A stretch of 64,000 nt of DNA from an uncultured Armatimonadia bacterium (GTDB taxonomy: Bacteria > Armatimonadota > Zipacnadia > CAVVLO01): contig CAVVLO010000005.1 in NCBI GenBank assembly GCA_963749155.1, forward strand, positions 545,043 through 609,042. The letters are read 5' to 3'. Positions 49,628-60,024 of the stretch are shown here, one piece after another; within the stretch, counting starts at the first letter, position 1, and each line of letters opens with the position of its first letter. The position numbers and the translations under genes were made by a program. The notes beneath the pieces are model-generated. The model ran no database searches, had not been told where the DNA came from, and saw only the letters and a list, made by a program, of their open reading frames with translations.

Positions 49628-50999
49628 ATGGAACACCCAGGCTGGTTTTCGCCAGCAACCGCCAGACTAATTGCCACGACGATTTTTGTCATTGCCTATA
49701 TCATAATTGCTTCCGAGAAGCTAGAACGCGCCAAGGTAGCGGTTATGGCTGCCTGCCTTATGATTGGACTTGGCATTGTCAGCCAGCAGCAGGCTTTTGG
49801 CGGAACTGAAGGCAGTCCTCCGCTTGTCGAATGGAATGTCATCTTCCTGCTGTCAGGTATGATGATTATCGTCACGGTGCTCGGGCGCACTGGCGTGTTC
49901 GAATGGCTGGCCATCAAGTCGGTGCACCTGGCCAAAGGTCGCCCAGCGCCTCTGATCGCTATTCTTTCACTGGTAACGGCTCTTGCTTCAATGTTTTTGG
50001 ACAATGTCACGACAGTCATCCTGATTGCCCCGGTCACGATCACCCTTGCCAGAACTTTGCGGATCGACCCGGTACCCTTGCTTATTGCCGAGATTGTAGC
50101 TTCCAATGTAGGAGGCACTGCAACACTTATCGGCGACCCTCCCAATATCATCATAGGCAGTCATGCGGAGATTGGTTTTTTGCCCTTCCTGACCGAAATT
50201 GGCCCTGCGGCTGTGCTGTCTCTGATTGCGACTACAGCGCTCGCGATGGTCTGGATTGGCAAGCCATTGAAGGTTGGCAGCGAGTTGCGCAGAATGGCGA
50301 TGGAGACTGACGCCATCGCAGCTATCAGAGATCCTGTGCTGCTGAAGCAGGCGCTCGTGGTGCTCTCCATAACTATTGTAGGTTTCCTGGTGCATAGCCT
50401 GGTGCACCTTGAACCTGCCACCATCGCCCTGTTCGGCGCGGCGATATTGATGTTGATAAGCAAGGAGAAGGCCGAGAGCCTGCTTTCATCAATTGAGTGG
50501 TCTACCATATTCTTCTTTATAGGCTTGTTTATTATGGTAGGCGGGCTGGTCGAAGTTGGGATAATCGAACTGCTCGGTCAGGGGCTTTACCACCTGTGCG
50601 GGCCCAATATCCCAGTGCTCTCGATGGTGTTGCTGTGGATGTCAGCCTTGCTGTCGGCGATCGTTGACAATATTCCGTATGTGACTACTATGTGTCCAGT
50701 GGTCGAGACAATAGCGCGCGATATGTATCCCCAGCTTGCGGCGCCGGAACTGCGTCACGAGCTTATGCATCACGCCGACGTGCTGGTGCTATGGTGGTCG
50801 CTTGCACTGGGGGCTTGCCTGGGCGGCAACGCTACCCTGATTGGCGCCTCGGCCAACGTAGTAGTCAGCCGGCATCGCCGAACATGAGGGTTATCCCATC
50901 AGCTTTATGCGCTTCTTCAAGTATGGGGTGGTCTTCACGCTGGTCACGCTGCTAGTCTCGACTGCCTACCTTTGGTTGCGCTGGCTAATCCATATGTAG
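49628..50999 (+). CDS. ArsB/NhaD (IT superfamily) transporter; frameshift near 50866
   Basis: FLDNVTT, SNVGGTATLIGDPPN, SAIVDNIP, GGNATLIGASANVV; removing one base restores ...VAGIAEHEGYPISFMRFFKYG...HM*. Confidence 0.88.
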
Positions 51000-51157
51000 A
51001 AACCAACAGCGCAGAGCTGGGGAACTCCAGGCCCAGACCCGCTGTTGTTAGACGCACTTGCCCTCTGGCCCTGGCAACTTGCCGGGGCCAGACAAGTCAA
51101 ACAGGAATCACTCGGGCTGTAAGCCCGTATATGGCATCTACTAGCAGGAGGACTTAA

Positions 51158-52399
51158 ATGCGCGTAGTAATCAGGCCCCTTATGGCCCTTGCTCTGCTGC
51201 TTGTTCTGGCATCAGGCCTTGCCCTGGCTGCCATACCTCAGGAACTGGCTCCCCTCGCCAAAGCGTATGGCGACCTGTCGACCTTCCAGGCTACCAGTAA
51301 ACAACAGCTTTCGTTTACGACCGGTCAGGAAGTCCTGCAATACACCAGGCAGATGACCTTGCTCTGGGATGAATCGGAGAAGTTCTTCCTCGGCGATTCA
51401 GGCATCTTTGCGCCCAACCTGGCCTCGGATGGCACCCAGTTGTTGCTTAGTGTCGCCAGGGCTGGAGTCGCCTTGACGGCATCTTGCGCTCAGGTGACTG
51501 CACTTGCCGATGATTATCTCTGGGCGTTGATGATGCCGATCTCAATCCCCACCGAGCTGGATTTGCACCTGCTTTCTGGAGGCGCGCTGTTTGAGGGCGC
51601 CACAGTCAGCAACGCTGGCGAGGAGGAGCTTGCGGGAGTAGCAACTACCAAATACGAGGTAGTGCTGCCCTCTGGCGACACCGCGACCTTGTGGGTGAAT
51701 AAATCCACCGGCCTGCTTCAGAGGTGGGCAGTCCACTCCTCGCTGCCAATGACCGAGATAATTGTTCAACTGCCAGGCGCCGAGACTGATCTTTCCGGGC
51801 AGTCCATTGCGCTTGATTTTGTTGCCGACTACACCACTACCAGTGTGAACGAGGCGCTGCCCGAAGATTTCGCGGCCCGGCTTGGGGTTCCCGATGGCTT
51901 GCTGCCCGTTCCCTTCGAGCAACTCACCCCTCCTGATCCTTCCGCTTCGGCTCCTGATGATGAGTCCGGCGAAATCGCCGCAACCGGTGAGGTTTTGGAT
52001 TTCTCTATCAAGCTAATGGGAGGAGATACTCTGAAACTGGCTGCAGTAGAGGGGCCGGTCATTGTTGACTTCTTCTCGACCGGCTGCGGGCCATGCAAAA
52101 ACGCCATCCCTCATCTGCGGGAGCTTGGAGACAAGTATGCCGACCAGGGCCTCAAGGTTGTCGTGCTGGCTCTGGATCCCACTCTGGACTCAATAAAGAG
52201 CTTTTTCAAATCAGAGAAGACGCTATTGGTAGGCTTCGATCCTGACAAAATCAACCGGCTCGCCAGCGAGTTCAACGTGACCAGCATCCCGCGCACCCTT
52301 TACCTGGATGCTGACCACAAAGTGGTTTCCGAGAGCCTGGGCTATTACGCTGGTATGGACTTCACTTCGCATCTGGTCAAGATGGGAATCAATCCCTGA
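51158..52399 (+). CDS. Exported TlpA-like thiol-disulfide oxidoreductase with an N-terminal LolA-like domain
   Basis: Signal peptide; LWVNKSTGLLQR LolA-like strand; VIVDFFSTGCGPC and SIPRT (cis-Pro). Confidence 0.8.
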   Translation: MRVVIRPLMALALLLVLASGLALAAIPQELAPLAKAYGDLSTFQATSKQQLSFTTGQEVLQYTRQMTLLWDESEKFFLGDSGIFAPNLASDGTQLLLSVARAGVALTASCAQVTALADDYLWALMMPISIPTELDLHLLSGGALFEGATVSNAGEEELAGVATTKYEVVLPSGDTATLWVNKSTGLLQRWAVHSSLPMTEIIVQLPGAETDLSGQSIALDFVADYTTTSVNEALPEDFAARLGVPDGLLPVPFEQLTPPDPSASAPDDESGEIAATGEVLDFSIKLMGGDTLKLAAVEGPVIVDFFSTGCGPCKNAIPHLRELGDKYADQGLKVVVLALDPTLDSIKSFFKSEKTLLVGFDPDKINRLASEFNVTSIPRTLYLDADHKVVSESLGYYAGMDFTSHLVKMGINP

Positions 52400-52425
52400 G
52401 GGCTGTAGCCTGCTTGATATGAAGG

Positions 52426-52460
52426 AAGAGCGCGTCCCAGTCTGGGCGCGCTCTTTTTTA
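52426..52460 (+). terminator. Intrinsic terminator
   Basis: AAGAGCGCG..CCCAG-T-CTGGGCGCGCTCTT followed by a T run. Confidence 0.75.
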
Positions 52461-52538
52461 TTGCCGGGCAACCTTGTCGAAGGCCACACGTCCAAGGGTA
52501 TAAAGGAAAAAGGCAATCTGGCATCGAAGGAGACTTGC

Positions 52539-54461
52539 ATGAGGTTGCTTATATGCCATCTGGCGTGGTTGTTTATTGCTGGTTCGGTCCTCGCTGTCCC
52601 TGTGCCCCTGGCCAGTTATGAGGGGCAGCCTGTTGCTGGACTGGGCGCTCGAGCCGATTTGGGCAGTTTTGGCGCTAAAGACAGTTATGGGGAGCTCTCG
52701 GCGGCCAGCGCTCTGCGGTTTCTTGAGGGTTGCCCGAAGGGCCTTGCGCCGGTCGTATTCAGCGGCCCCTTATTCTGGCCACTCGTATCCGCCTCTCCTG
52801 AGAAAGGCGTGCTGAAAGGTTTGCCCGAGGCGCTTGCAACCTTCAGAGCTGATGGCAAGCGCGTAATTGTCGGGGTAGACCTGCCCGCGAGTCTGGCAGC
52901 TTTTGGGCCCCGGCTTCCCGCTAGATATGAGCGAACTGCCCTTGGCTGGCGCAGATGGAGCCTGTCTGACTCCGATGGAAGAGGCGCGCCAACCTGGGAT
53001 GGGCCCTTTAGTGAGTGGCTGCTAGACAGCCTCGAGGCCGAACTGGCTGTAGTAAAAGGGCATTCAGAGTCAGCCTATGAGGCAATTGCGGGTTTCTCGG
53101 TCGCTTGTTCACTGGAGGCAGAAGCGCTTGAGCAGCTCGACTACAATCCTCGGTATCTGGGCCTGTGGCAGCGCGACTGGCTAACCCACTATTTCACTCT
53201 GGAAGAACTCGGTGCGCGCTGGTTTGGCGATTCGGAGCACTACACTGACTGGAACCAGGTTGCCCCGATTATGGCCTCTACTGAGGCGGACTATACCCCC
53301 GAAGGCGCAAGGTTTGCCTGGCGCGACTGGAGAGCTTTCCTCTGTGAAACACGCCTCCGGGCGCTTGCGGAATTTGCCAAAGAGCTAAGGCGTATCGCTC
53401 CCGGCAAGCTGGTGACGCTGGAACTCGCAGGGCCTTATATGACCGCGGCAGTCCCTGATGGCAGCCTCGCGCTCCAGGGGGAAGGAATACTGGAAGCTTT
53501 CGATGCGCTGAGTCTGAATTATGCCCCCGAACCTAAAGGCGCGCTCGCTCTGCGTCCTGAAGCCTTACGGGCCTGGCTGACGCTTATGGCGCGGGTGGCG
53601 CGCGAAGCAGGAATTGCCCTGTGGGTCAGCAGACTGGCGATCCCAGGAGATCAGCCAGAACTGCTCTCCAAGGCCCTTGATGCCTGCCAGAATGCAGGCG
53701 CAAGCCTCGTGGCGGTGCATTTCTTCGATCACTCTGCTCGCGCTACTCGGGGAGAGGAGCAATATCGGCTGCAGCGGGATGATGCAGGTTTTCAGCTTGT
53801 AGAGCGACTGGCTTTGAGTCGACCTGGGTGGAATCCTTTGAGCGAGCCTCGGGAGGCGTCGCTTGGGGTTGTTTATGATACCCAGGGAGATACGAAGAGC
53901 GTTTGGGAAGTCTGCCAGTGGCTCGCGCAGGCCGAGGTAGACTTCGATTTGCTGCTGTCGGGTCATATACAGAGCGCAGGGGGACTGGAGCGGCGGGCTC
54001 TATTGCTGCCGGATGGCGCCCTGCCTCCTCCGAAGGCCTGGCTTGATGGTCAGCTGCTGCCCTGGCTGAGGCAGGGAGGGGTTCTGATAGCGCTTGGCGA
54101 CTCACTCAGTCTTCCAGAGTCAGGGCCTGAAGTCGAGCCGGTTTTGCCAGCTACACCAGTGGTGCTGGTTGTGCCGCGCACGACGCTTCCTGGCCTCGAG
54201 CAGGAGTTGCGCGTTACTGGCTTCTCAGCTGTAATCTCGGTGGAGGCAGGCCCTGGTACCCTGGCCCAGTGGCAACCAGGAGACGGGGCAGGGCTTCTAA
54301 AACGTAGCTTTGGCGCTGGCACAGTGCTTTGGGCGGGTATACGGTTCACCCAGCCAGGGGGGCAAAGCGGCTTGTTAACGACCAGTCCATCTGGGCAGGC
54401 CTTGCTTGAGGCTCTGGGCCTTGAAGTGAAAGCGCTAGCGGGGGGAAGGATTAGCGGCTAG
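52539..54461 (+). CDS. Secreted GH42-like protein with a class I glutamine-amidotransferase-like trimerisation domain
   Basis: Signal peptide; WL..Y.TLEEL.ARW...Y.DW.QV, WRDWRAF; WLRQGGVLIA, FGAGTV. Confidence 0.6.
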   Translation: MRLLICHLAWLFIAGSVLAVPVPLASYEGQPVAGLGARADLGSFGAKDSYGELSAASALRFLEGCPKGLAPVVFSGPLFWPLVSASPEKGVLKGLPEALATFRADGKRVIVGVDLPASLAAFGPRLPARYERTALGWRRWSLSDSDGRGAPTWDGPFSEWLLDSLEAELAVVKGHSESAYEAIAGFSVACSLEAEALEQLDYNPRYLGLWQRDWLTHYFTLEELGARWFGDSEHYTDWNQVAPIMASTEADYTPEGARFAWRDWRAFLCETRLRALAEFAKELRRIAPGKLVTLELAGPYMTAAVPDGSLALQGEGILEAFDALSLNYAPEPKGALALRPEALRAWLTLMARVAREAGIALWVSRLAIPGDQPELLSKALDACQNAGASLVAVHFFDHSARATRGEEQYRLQRDDAGFQLVERLALSRPGWNPLSEPREASLGVVYDTQGDTKSVWEVCQWLAQAEVDFDLLLSGHIQSAGGLERRALLLPDGALPPPKAWLDGQLLPWLRQGGVLIALGDSLSLPESGPEVEPVLPATPVVLVVPRTTLPGLEQELRVTGFSAVISVEAGPGTLAQWQPGDGAGLLKRSFGAGTVLWAGIRFTQPGGQSGLLTTSPSGQALLEALGLEVKALAGGRISG

Positions 54462-54911
54462 GGGGTTTACCCTGCAAGCTAGCCCCGCCCCAAGCCTTCG
54501 GCCAACGATTTATTTTCCTGTCGTAATCTCACCAACAGCTCATCCAGCCTGGAGCCGGACCTGAAAAGGCGGCTCAAGCGGGCAAGCAAGTTGCGCGCGC
54601 AGGCCCTGTCCATCGCAGCCAACTGCTTTTTGGCCAAGTTTTTTCGGTACTTTTCCAGGTGCGCAGGTACTAGCAATACACTGGCGAAGACCAAGTGATA
54701 CAACCCGGAGGCGCAGCGCACTAAGATAAGTGCCCTACGCCTGAGATAAGCCAGGCCTGGCGTGGAAGTTTTTTTTATTTTCTGTGCCGGTTTGCTTGGG
54801 TGCGAGCACGAACTGGACTCTCAGACTACCTAGGGGCCGATCAACCGAATCAATCTACCAGGCGGAGTTCTGCAGGCCGGACGGATGGGGCATGAACCGG
54901 AGGGAACGACC

Positions 54912-57900
54912 ATGAAGCTGCGTACACTCCTGCTCTTGGGTTATGTCGTGGTATTCACGTTGATGATAATCATCGCGGGGGTCATGTACCAGAGCACCAA
55001 CCAGCTCATCAAGGACCAGGCAGCGCTGCTACAGACTCAGGAGGTAAAGACCAAAGTCCGACTGCTCATGAAGCTGCAGATGGACATGGTGGCCTCGGCG
55101 AGGGGCTATGCGCTCACCGGTCTGGAGAGTTGGCTGGCTCCTTATGAGGCAGCGAAGGCCGAATACCAGGTGGTGCTGGCTGAGGCCGAGAAGGAGATTG
55201 CCCAGGCTGACCAGTTGGCACGTCTCAAAGAGATCGAACCCCTCACCGCAAGGTGGCAGGAGGAAGCCGCTCTGCCTCTAATTGCAGCCAGGCGTGAGGT
55301 TGAGAACGGCGTGGCCGGCGCATCGGTGGAAAAGGTCAGTATCCTGGCCCAGAGGGGAACAGGCAACGACCTCGTTGAAGAGATCCGGAGCCGCATAGAC
55401 AAGTTCGTAGTGATTCAGGACGGGATTCTGGCCCAGCAGACTGAGAACGCTGATGCTGCGAGTGCGCGCAGTATCTGGATCGTGATCGCTGGCACCCTGC
55501 TGGCCATCGTACTTGGCGCAATAGCGATGAGCTTCACCACCCGTGTCATTTTCAGACAGGTCGGCGGTGAGCCCGCTGACATTTCCGGCATCGCCGATGA
55601 GATAACGCGTGGCAACCTGGAGCCAGACCTGGGAACCGATCCGACAGCGGGCACCGGCATTCGAGTCGCTATCGCGCAGATGCTCCTTTCACTCCGGGCG
55701 AATCGTGACTCTACAGCCCGGCAGGACTGGTTGAAGACCGGTCTTGCGCGACTGAACGAGGTTATGATAGGCGACCTGGATATCGAGGCCCTGGCCTCAC
55801 AAGTGATCTCTGAGATCGCTACTTACCTCGAGGCCCAGGTAGGCGCCTTATACCTGGTTCGACCTGGAGAGAAGCTAGTACTCTCGCTCACAGGAAGCTA
55901 TGCCTACACCCAGCGCAAGAATCTCTCCAACGTCTATACGATCGGCCAAGGCCTCGTGGGCCAGGCTGCGCTTGAAAAGCAGCAGATCCTGATCAGGAAT
56001 GTCCCCGACGACTACATCAAAGTGACCTCTGGCCTGGGTGAGGCGGTGCCGCGGTTCATCTGCGTCACGCCCTTCCTCTACGAGGGGCGCGTAGAGGGCG
56101 TGCTCGAGATTGGTGTCCTGAAGGAGCTGGGCGAGCGCGAACTCGATTATCTCTTGCAGGCGATGCCGGCTCTGGCCATCGCGGTTGATAGCGCCAATAG
56201 CCGCACCGCGCTTGCCAGCTCACTCGAGGAATCTCAGCAGCTTTCCGAGGAGCTTCAGACTCAGCAGGAAGAACTCCGGGCGACAAACGAGGAGCTCGAG
56301 CAACAGGCTCAGCAACTGAAAGACTCCGAGGAAAGATTAAAAGTACAGCAGGAGGAGCTTCAGGTCACCAACGAGGAGCTTGAGGAGAAGAATGACCTGC
56401 TGGAACGTCAGAAGCAGGAGGTCGAGAACGCCAGGAAGGACATCCAGGAGAAGTCCGAGGAAGTGGCCCTGGCCAGCAAGTACAAGTCAGAGTTCCTGGC
56501 CAATATGTCCCATGAGTTGCGCACTCCCCTCAACAGCTTGCTGCTGCTGGCACAGGGGCTAACGCAGAACAAGGAAGGCAACCTGACCCCCGAGCAGGTT
56601 GAATCGGCGCGGATCATCCACGGGGGCGGTAGCGACCTGCTGAACCTCATCAACGAGATACTTGACCTCTCCAAGATCGAGGCCGGAAGGATGGACCTGA
56701 AGCTAGGGGATATCCAGGTAGTTGACGTGGCGCAGACTATACAGGTTTTCTTCGAAAACCTGGCTGCGGAGAAAGGCCTTGAGCTGACGGTTTCCGTAAG
56801 TGAGGATGCGCCGGAGAAACTGACAACTGACCGGCAGCGCGCAGAGCAAGTCATCAGGAATCTGGTCTCCAACGCTGTGAAATTCACAGGCAAGGGAAGT
56901 GTGACCATCACCTTCGGTCGACCTGCTCCCGGTACCGACCTGTCGCGAAGTGGACTGGCTCTCAAAGAGTGCTTGGCGGTTGCCGTAAGTGACACCGGGA
57001 TCGGCATTGACGAGGACCAACAGAAACTGGTCTTCGAGGCCTTCCAACAGGCCGATGGCGGTACTGCGAGACAATACGGTGGCACGGGGCTCGGGCTGTC
57101 AATCTCCAGAGAACTTGCTCGCTTGCTCGGTGGAGAGATAAAACTGGAGAGCGAGCTTGGTAAGGGCTCGACCTTCACGCTCTATCTACCCCTGGAACTG
57201 GACGCCGACCGCGAGGTCAACCCCACTGGAGCGCACACCATGACTGTTTCGAGAACCGATACAGGGGTACCCCGTCAGGTTGCGCCCGAACGGGTTGCCG
57301 CTCTGCAGATTAAAGACGACCGAGAAGGTCTGGCCAAGGGCGATCGGACCATCCTGGTAATCGAAGACGACCCAGATTTCGCTCGGTTGTTGCACACCAA
57401 GTGCCATGAGAAGGGCTTCAAGTGCCTGGCGGCGCCAACGGGAGAGGCAGGGCTTGAGCTTGCTCGCACGCATCTGCCCAACGCCGTGATCCTCGATATT
57501 CGTCTGCCTGGCATGGATGGCCTGGCAGTATTGAGCATGCTGAAAGAAGACATTCGCACTCGACATATTCCGGTGCATGTCATCTCGGTGGAAGAGGCCT
57601 CGGTCGAGACCTTCGCCAAGGGCGCGGTGGGCCATACCACCAAGCCTCTGAGCCAGGAAGCGCTAGAGGAAGCCTTCCAGAAGCTGATTCAGCTCTCGGC
57701 CGGAGAGCCGAAGCGGGTATTGGTGGTGGACGATGATGCCCAGATTCGCCAGAGGACCGTTAAGCTGCTGACTGATGGGGAGGTGATGGTGGACGAGGCA
57801 GGATCCGGTGAGCAGGCACTGGAGGCGCTGCGCGGCAAACGCTATGACTGTGTAGTGCTGGACCTGGGGTTGCAGGACATGGGCGGTAGCGAGCTACTGG

Positions 57901-58512
57901 CCCAGCTCGAGGGCGAGGGGGTTGCTTTGCCTCCGGTCATCATTCACACCGCTCGAGATCTTACACGAGAGGAAGAATCGGACCTTCGAGAGCATGCAGA
58001 ATCCATCGTAATAAAGGATGTCCGATCGCCAGAGCGGTTGCTTGATGAGGTATCGCTCTTCCTGCACAGGATTGTAAGCGAGATGCCCGAGCAGAAGCGC
58101 AAGATAATCCTGGACCTTCACGATACGGACGCCCTGCTTGCAGACAAGAAGGTGCTCGTTGTGGACGACGACATGCGCACGACTTTCGCGCTGGCGCGTT
58201 TGCTGGCCGAGAGGGGCATGAAACCCGTAAAGGCAGAGAACGGCGAAAGGGCTCTCCGGGCGCTCGAAGAGGAGCCGGACATGGATATTGTGCTCATGGA
58301 CATCATGATGCCCACAATGGACGGCTACGAGGCCATCGGCAAGATACGCGCCCAGGAAAGGTTTCGCAAGCTGCCCATTATTGTGCTAACGGCGAAAGCC
58401 ATGCCCCAAGACCGGGCAGAAGTGCCTCGAAGCAGGCGCCAACGATTACCTGACCAAACCGGTGGATGAGGATCGGCTGGTTTCCATGATGCGCGTCTGG
58501 CTGTATCGCTAG
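54912..58512 (+). CDS. Hybrid histidine kinase: CHASE3-like, GAF, coiled coil, HisKA-HATPase, 3 receivers; C-terminal frameshift near 58415
   Basis: [36 protein letters not shown]; three REC domains; corrected end [33 protein letters not shown]. Confidence 0.92.
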
Positions 58513-58540
58513 GGATTGTGCCTGCAAGAAGGAGCAAGTA

Positions 58541-59368
58541 GTGGACAAGACCAAGACAGAGCAAATCGAGATAGAGCTCCTGCTTAGGGCGATCTTTCTG
58601 CGAAGCGGTTATGATTTCCGCGCTTATGCCCGGGCGTCCATCGAGCGCCGGATCAGGCAGTTCCTCTCGTCAAGCGGGTGTGTGTCGATATCCGAGATGA
58701 TCCCCAGGGTCATGCACGATGAAGACTTCCTCTCGCGCCTGGTCCGGCACTTCTCCATCGCTGTCACCGAGTTGTTCCGTGACCCCTTCGTCTATCAGTC
58801 CGTGAGAGAAAACGTTGTTCCCCTTCTCAAGACCTGGCCTTACTTCAAAGTCTGGCATGCGGGGTGCGCCACCGGGGAAGAGGTCTACTCACTGGCTATT
58901 TTGCTCAAGGAAGAAGGGATTTACGACCGGACTACCATCTACGCTACCGACTTCAACGACGAGGCCTTGGTAAAGGCTCGTGAGGGGGTCTACAGACTCG
59001 ATGCGCTGCAGGAGGCTACCAGGAATTATCAGCAGGCGGGTGGAAAGCGCTCCTTCTCAGATTACTACCACGCGCGTTATGGCGCAGGGGCTCTGGACGG
59101 CGCTCTCAAGGAGAAACTCACTTTCTCCATGCACAACCTGGCTACTGACCAGGTTTTCGGCGAGATGCAGCTTGTCTTCTGCCGCAATGTGCTTATCTAC
59201 TTCAGTCGAGAGCTGCAGGACCGGGCGCTAGGACTCTTCACGGAGAGTCTGGTGAGTGGGGGGATCCTGTGCCTGGGAACAAAGGAGGATCTGCAATTTA
59301 GTAGCGTCAGCGAGCATTATGACATCCTGGACCGAAAAGCAAGGCTGTACAAGAAGAAGGTCTTGTAG
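58541..59368 (+). CDS. cheR: CheR-type protein-glutamate methyltransferase
   Basis: GYDFR.Y, VTELFRDP, VWHAGCATGEEVYS, ATDF, CRNVLIYF. Confidence 0.93.
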   Translation: MDKTKTEQIEIELLLRAIFLRSGYDFRAYARASIERRIRQFLSSSGCVSISEMIPRVMHDEDFLSRLVRHFSIAVTELFRDPFVYQSVRENVVPLLKTWPYFKVWHAGCATGEEVYSLAILLKEEGIYDRTTIYATDFNDEALVKAREGVYRLDALQEATRNYQQAGGKRSFSDYYHARYGAGALDGALKEKLTFSMHNLATDQVFGEMQLVFCRNVLIYFSRELQDRALGLFTESLVSGGILCLGTKEDLQFSSVSEHYDILDRKARLYKKKVL

Positions 59369-59964
59369 TGAGAGCATCCAGGCCACAACCCGGAAGAGCC
59401 AGTGTCCCTTACAAAGCCATCGTTATTGGCGGTTCGGCCGGTGGTGTCGCAGCGCTCGAAGTTATCCTGGGGGGACTCCCCCCAGATTTCAGATTGCCTA
59501 TCCTGGTGGTCCAGCATCTCCACCTGAGCGATGGCGGGGGGCTTGCTCGTCATCTGGCGAGAGTAACGCGACTGAGTGTAGTTGAGCCATGCGACAAGGC
59601 GCGGATCGAGCCTGGGCACGTCTACGTCGCCCCGGCCAACTACCATATGCTCGTGGAGCGCGGCGGGACAGTTGCCCTGTCCATTGACGAGAAAGTCAAC
59701 TGGTCGAGGCCTTCCCTTGATGTGCTCTTCGAGAGCGCTGCTCGGGCCTGGGGGAAATCGCTAATCGCGATCATCCTCTCGGGCGCAAATGCCGATGGCG
59801 CACTAGGCGCCGCGACGATCAAGGCCTGGGGTGGGCTGGTAATTGCCCAGGACCCGACTGAGGCTGAGCATCTGTTCATGCCCCAGGCGGCAATTAACAC
59901 TGGAGCGGTCGACCAGGTGCTTCGTTCGCAAGAGATCGGCCGGCTAGTGATGGCTTTGGCCTGA
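59368..59964 (+). CDS. cheB: CheB methylesterase (catalytic domain only, no receiver)
   Basis: GGSAGG, VQH, RPSLDVLFESAA, LSGANADG, MPQAA. Confidence 0.92.
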   Translation: MRASRPQPGRASVPYKAIVIGGSAGGVAALEVILGGLPPDFRLPILVVQHLHLSDGGGLARHLARVTRLSVVEPCDKARIEPGHVYVAPANYHMLVERGGTVALSIDEKVNWSRPSLDVLFESAARAWGKSLIAIILSGANADGALGAATIKAWGGLVIAQDPTEAEHLFMPQAAINTGAVDQVLRSQEIGRLVMALA

Positions 59965-60024
59965 GTGACAACGGTGAGTCACCAACCAAGAAGCATTCGG
60001 CGAAACGTCCAGGAGGACCCAGCG

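Noticed and set aside
54718..54756. ANTAR-type tandem hairpin
   Set aside because: The loops lack the A1/G4 hexaloop pattern and no ANTAR protein is in the window; kept only as a generic twin hairpin.
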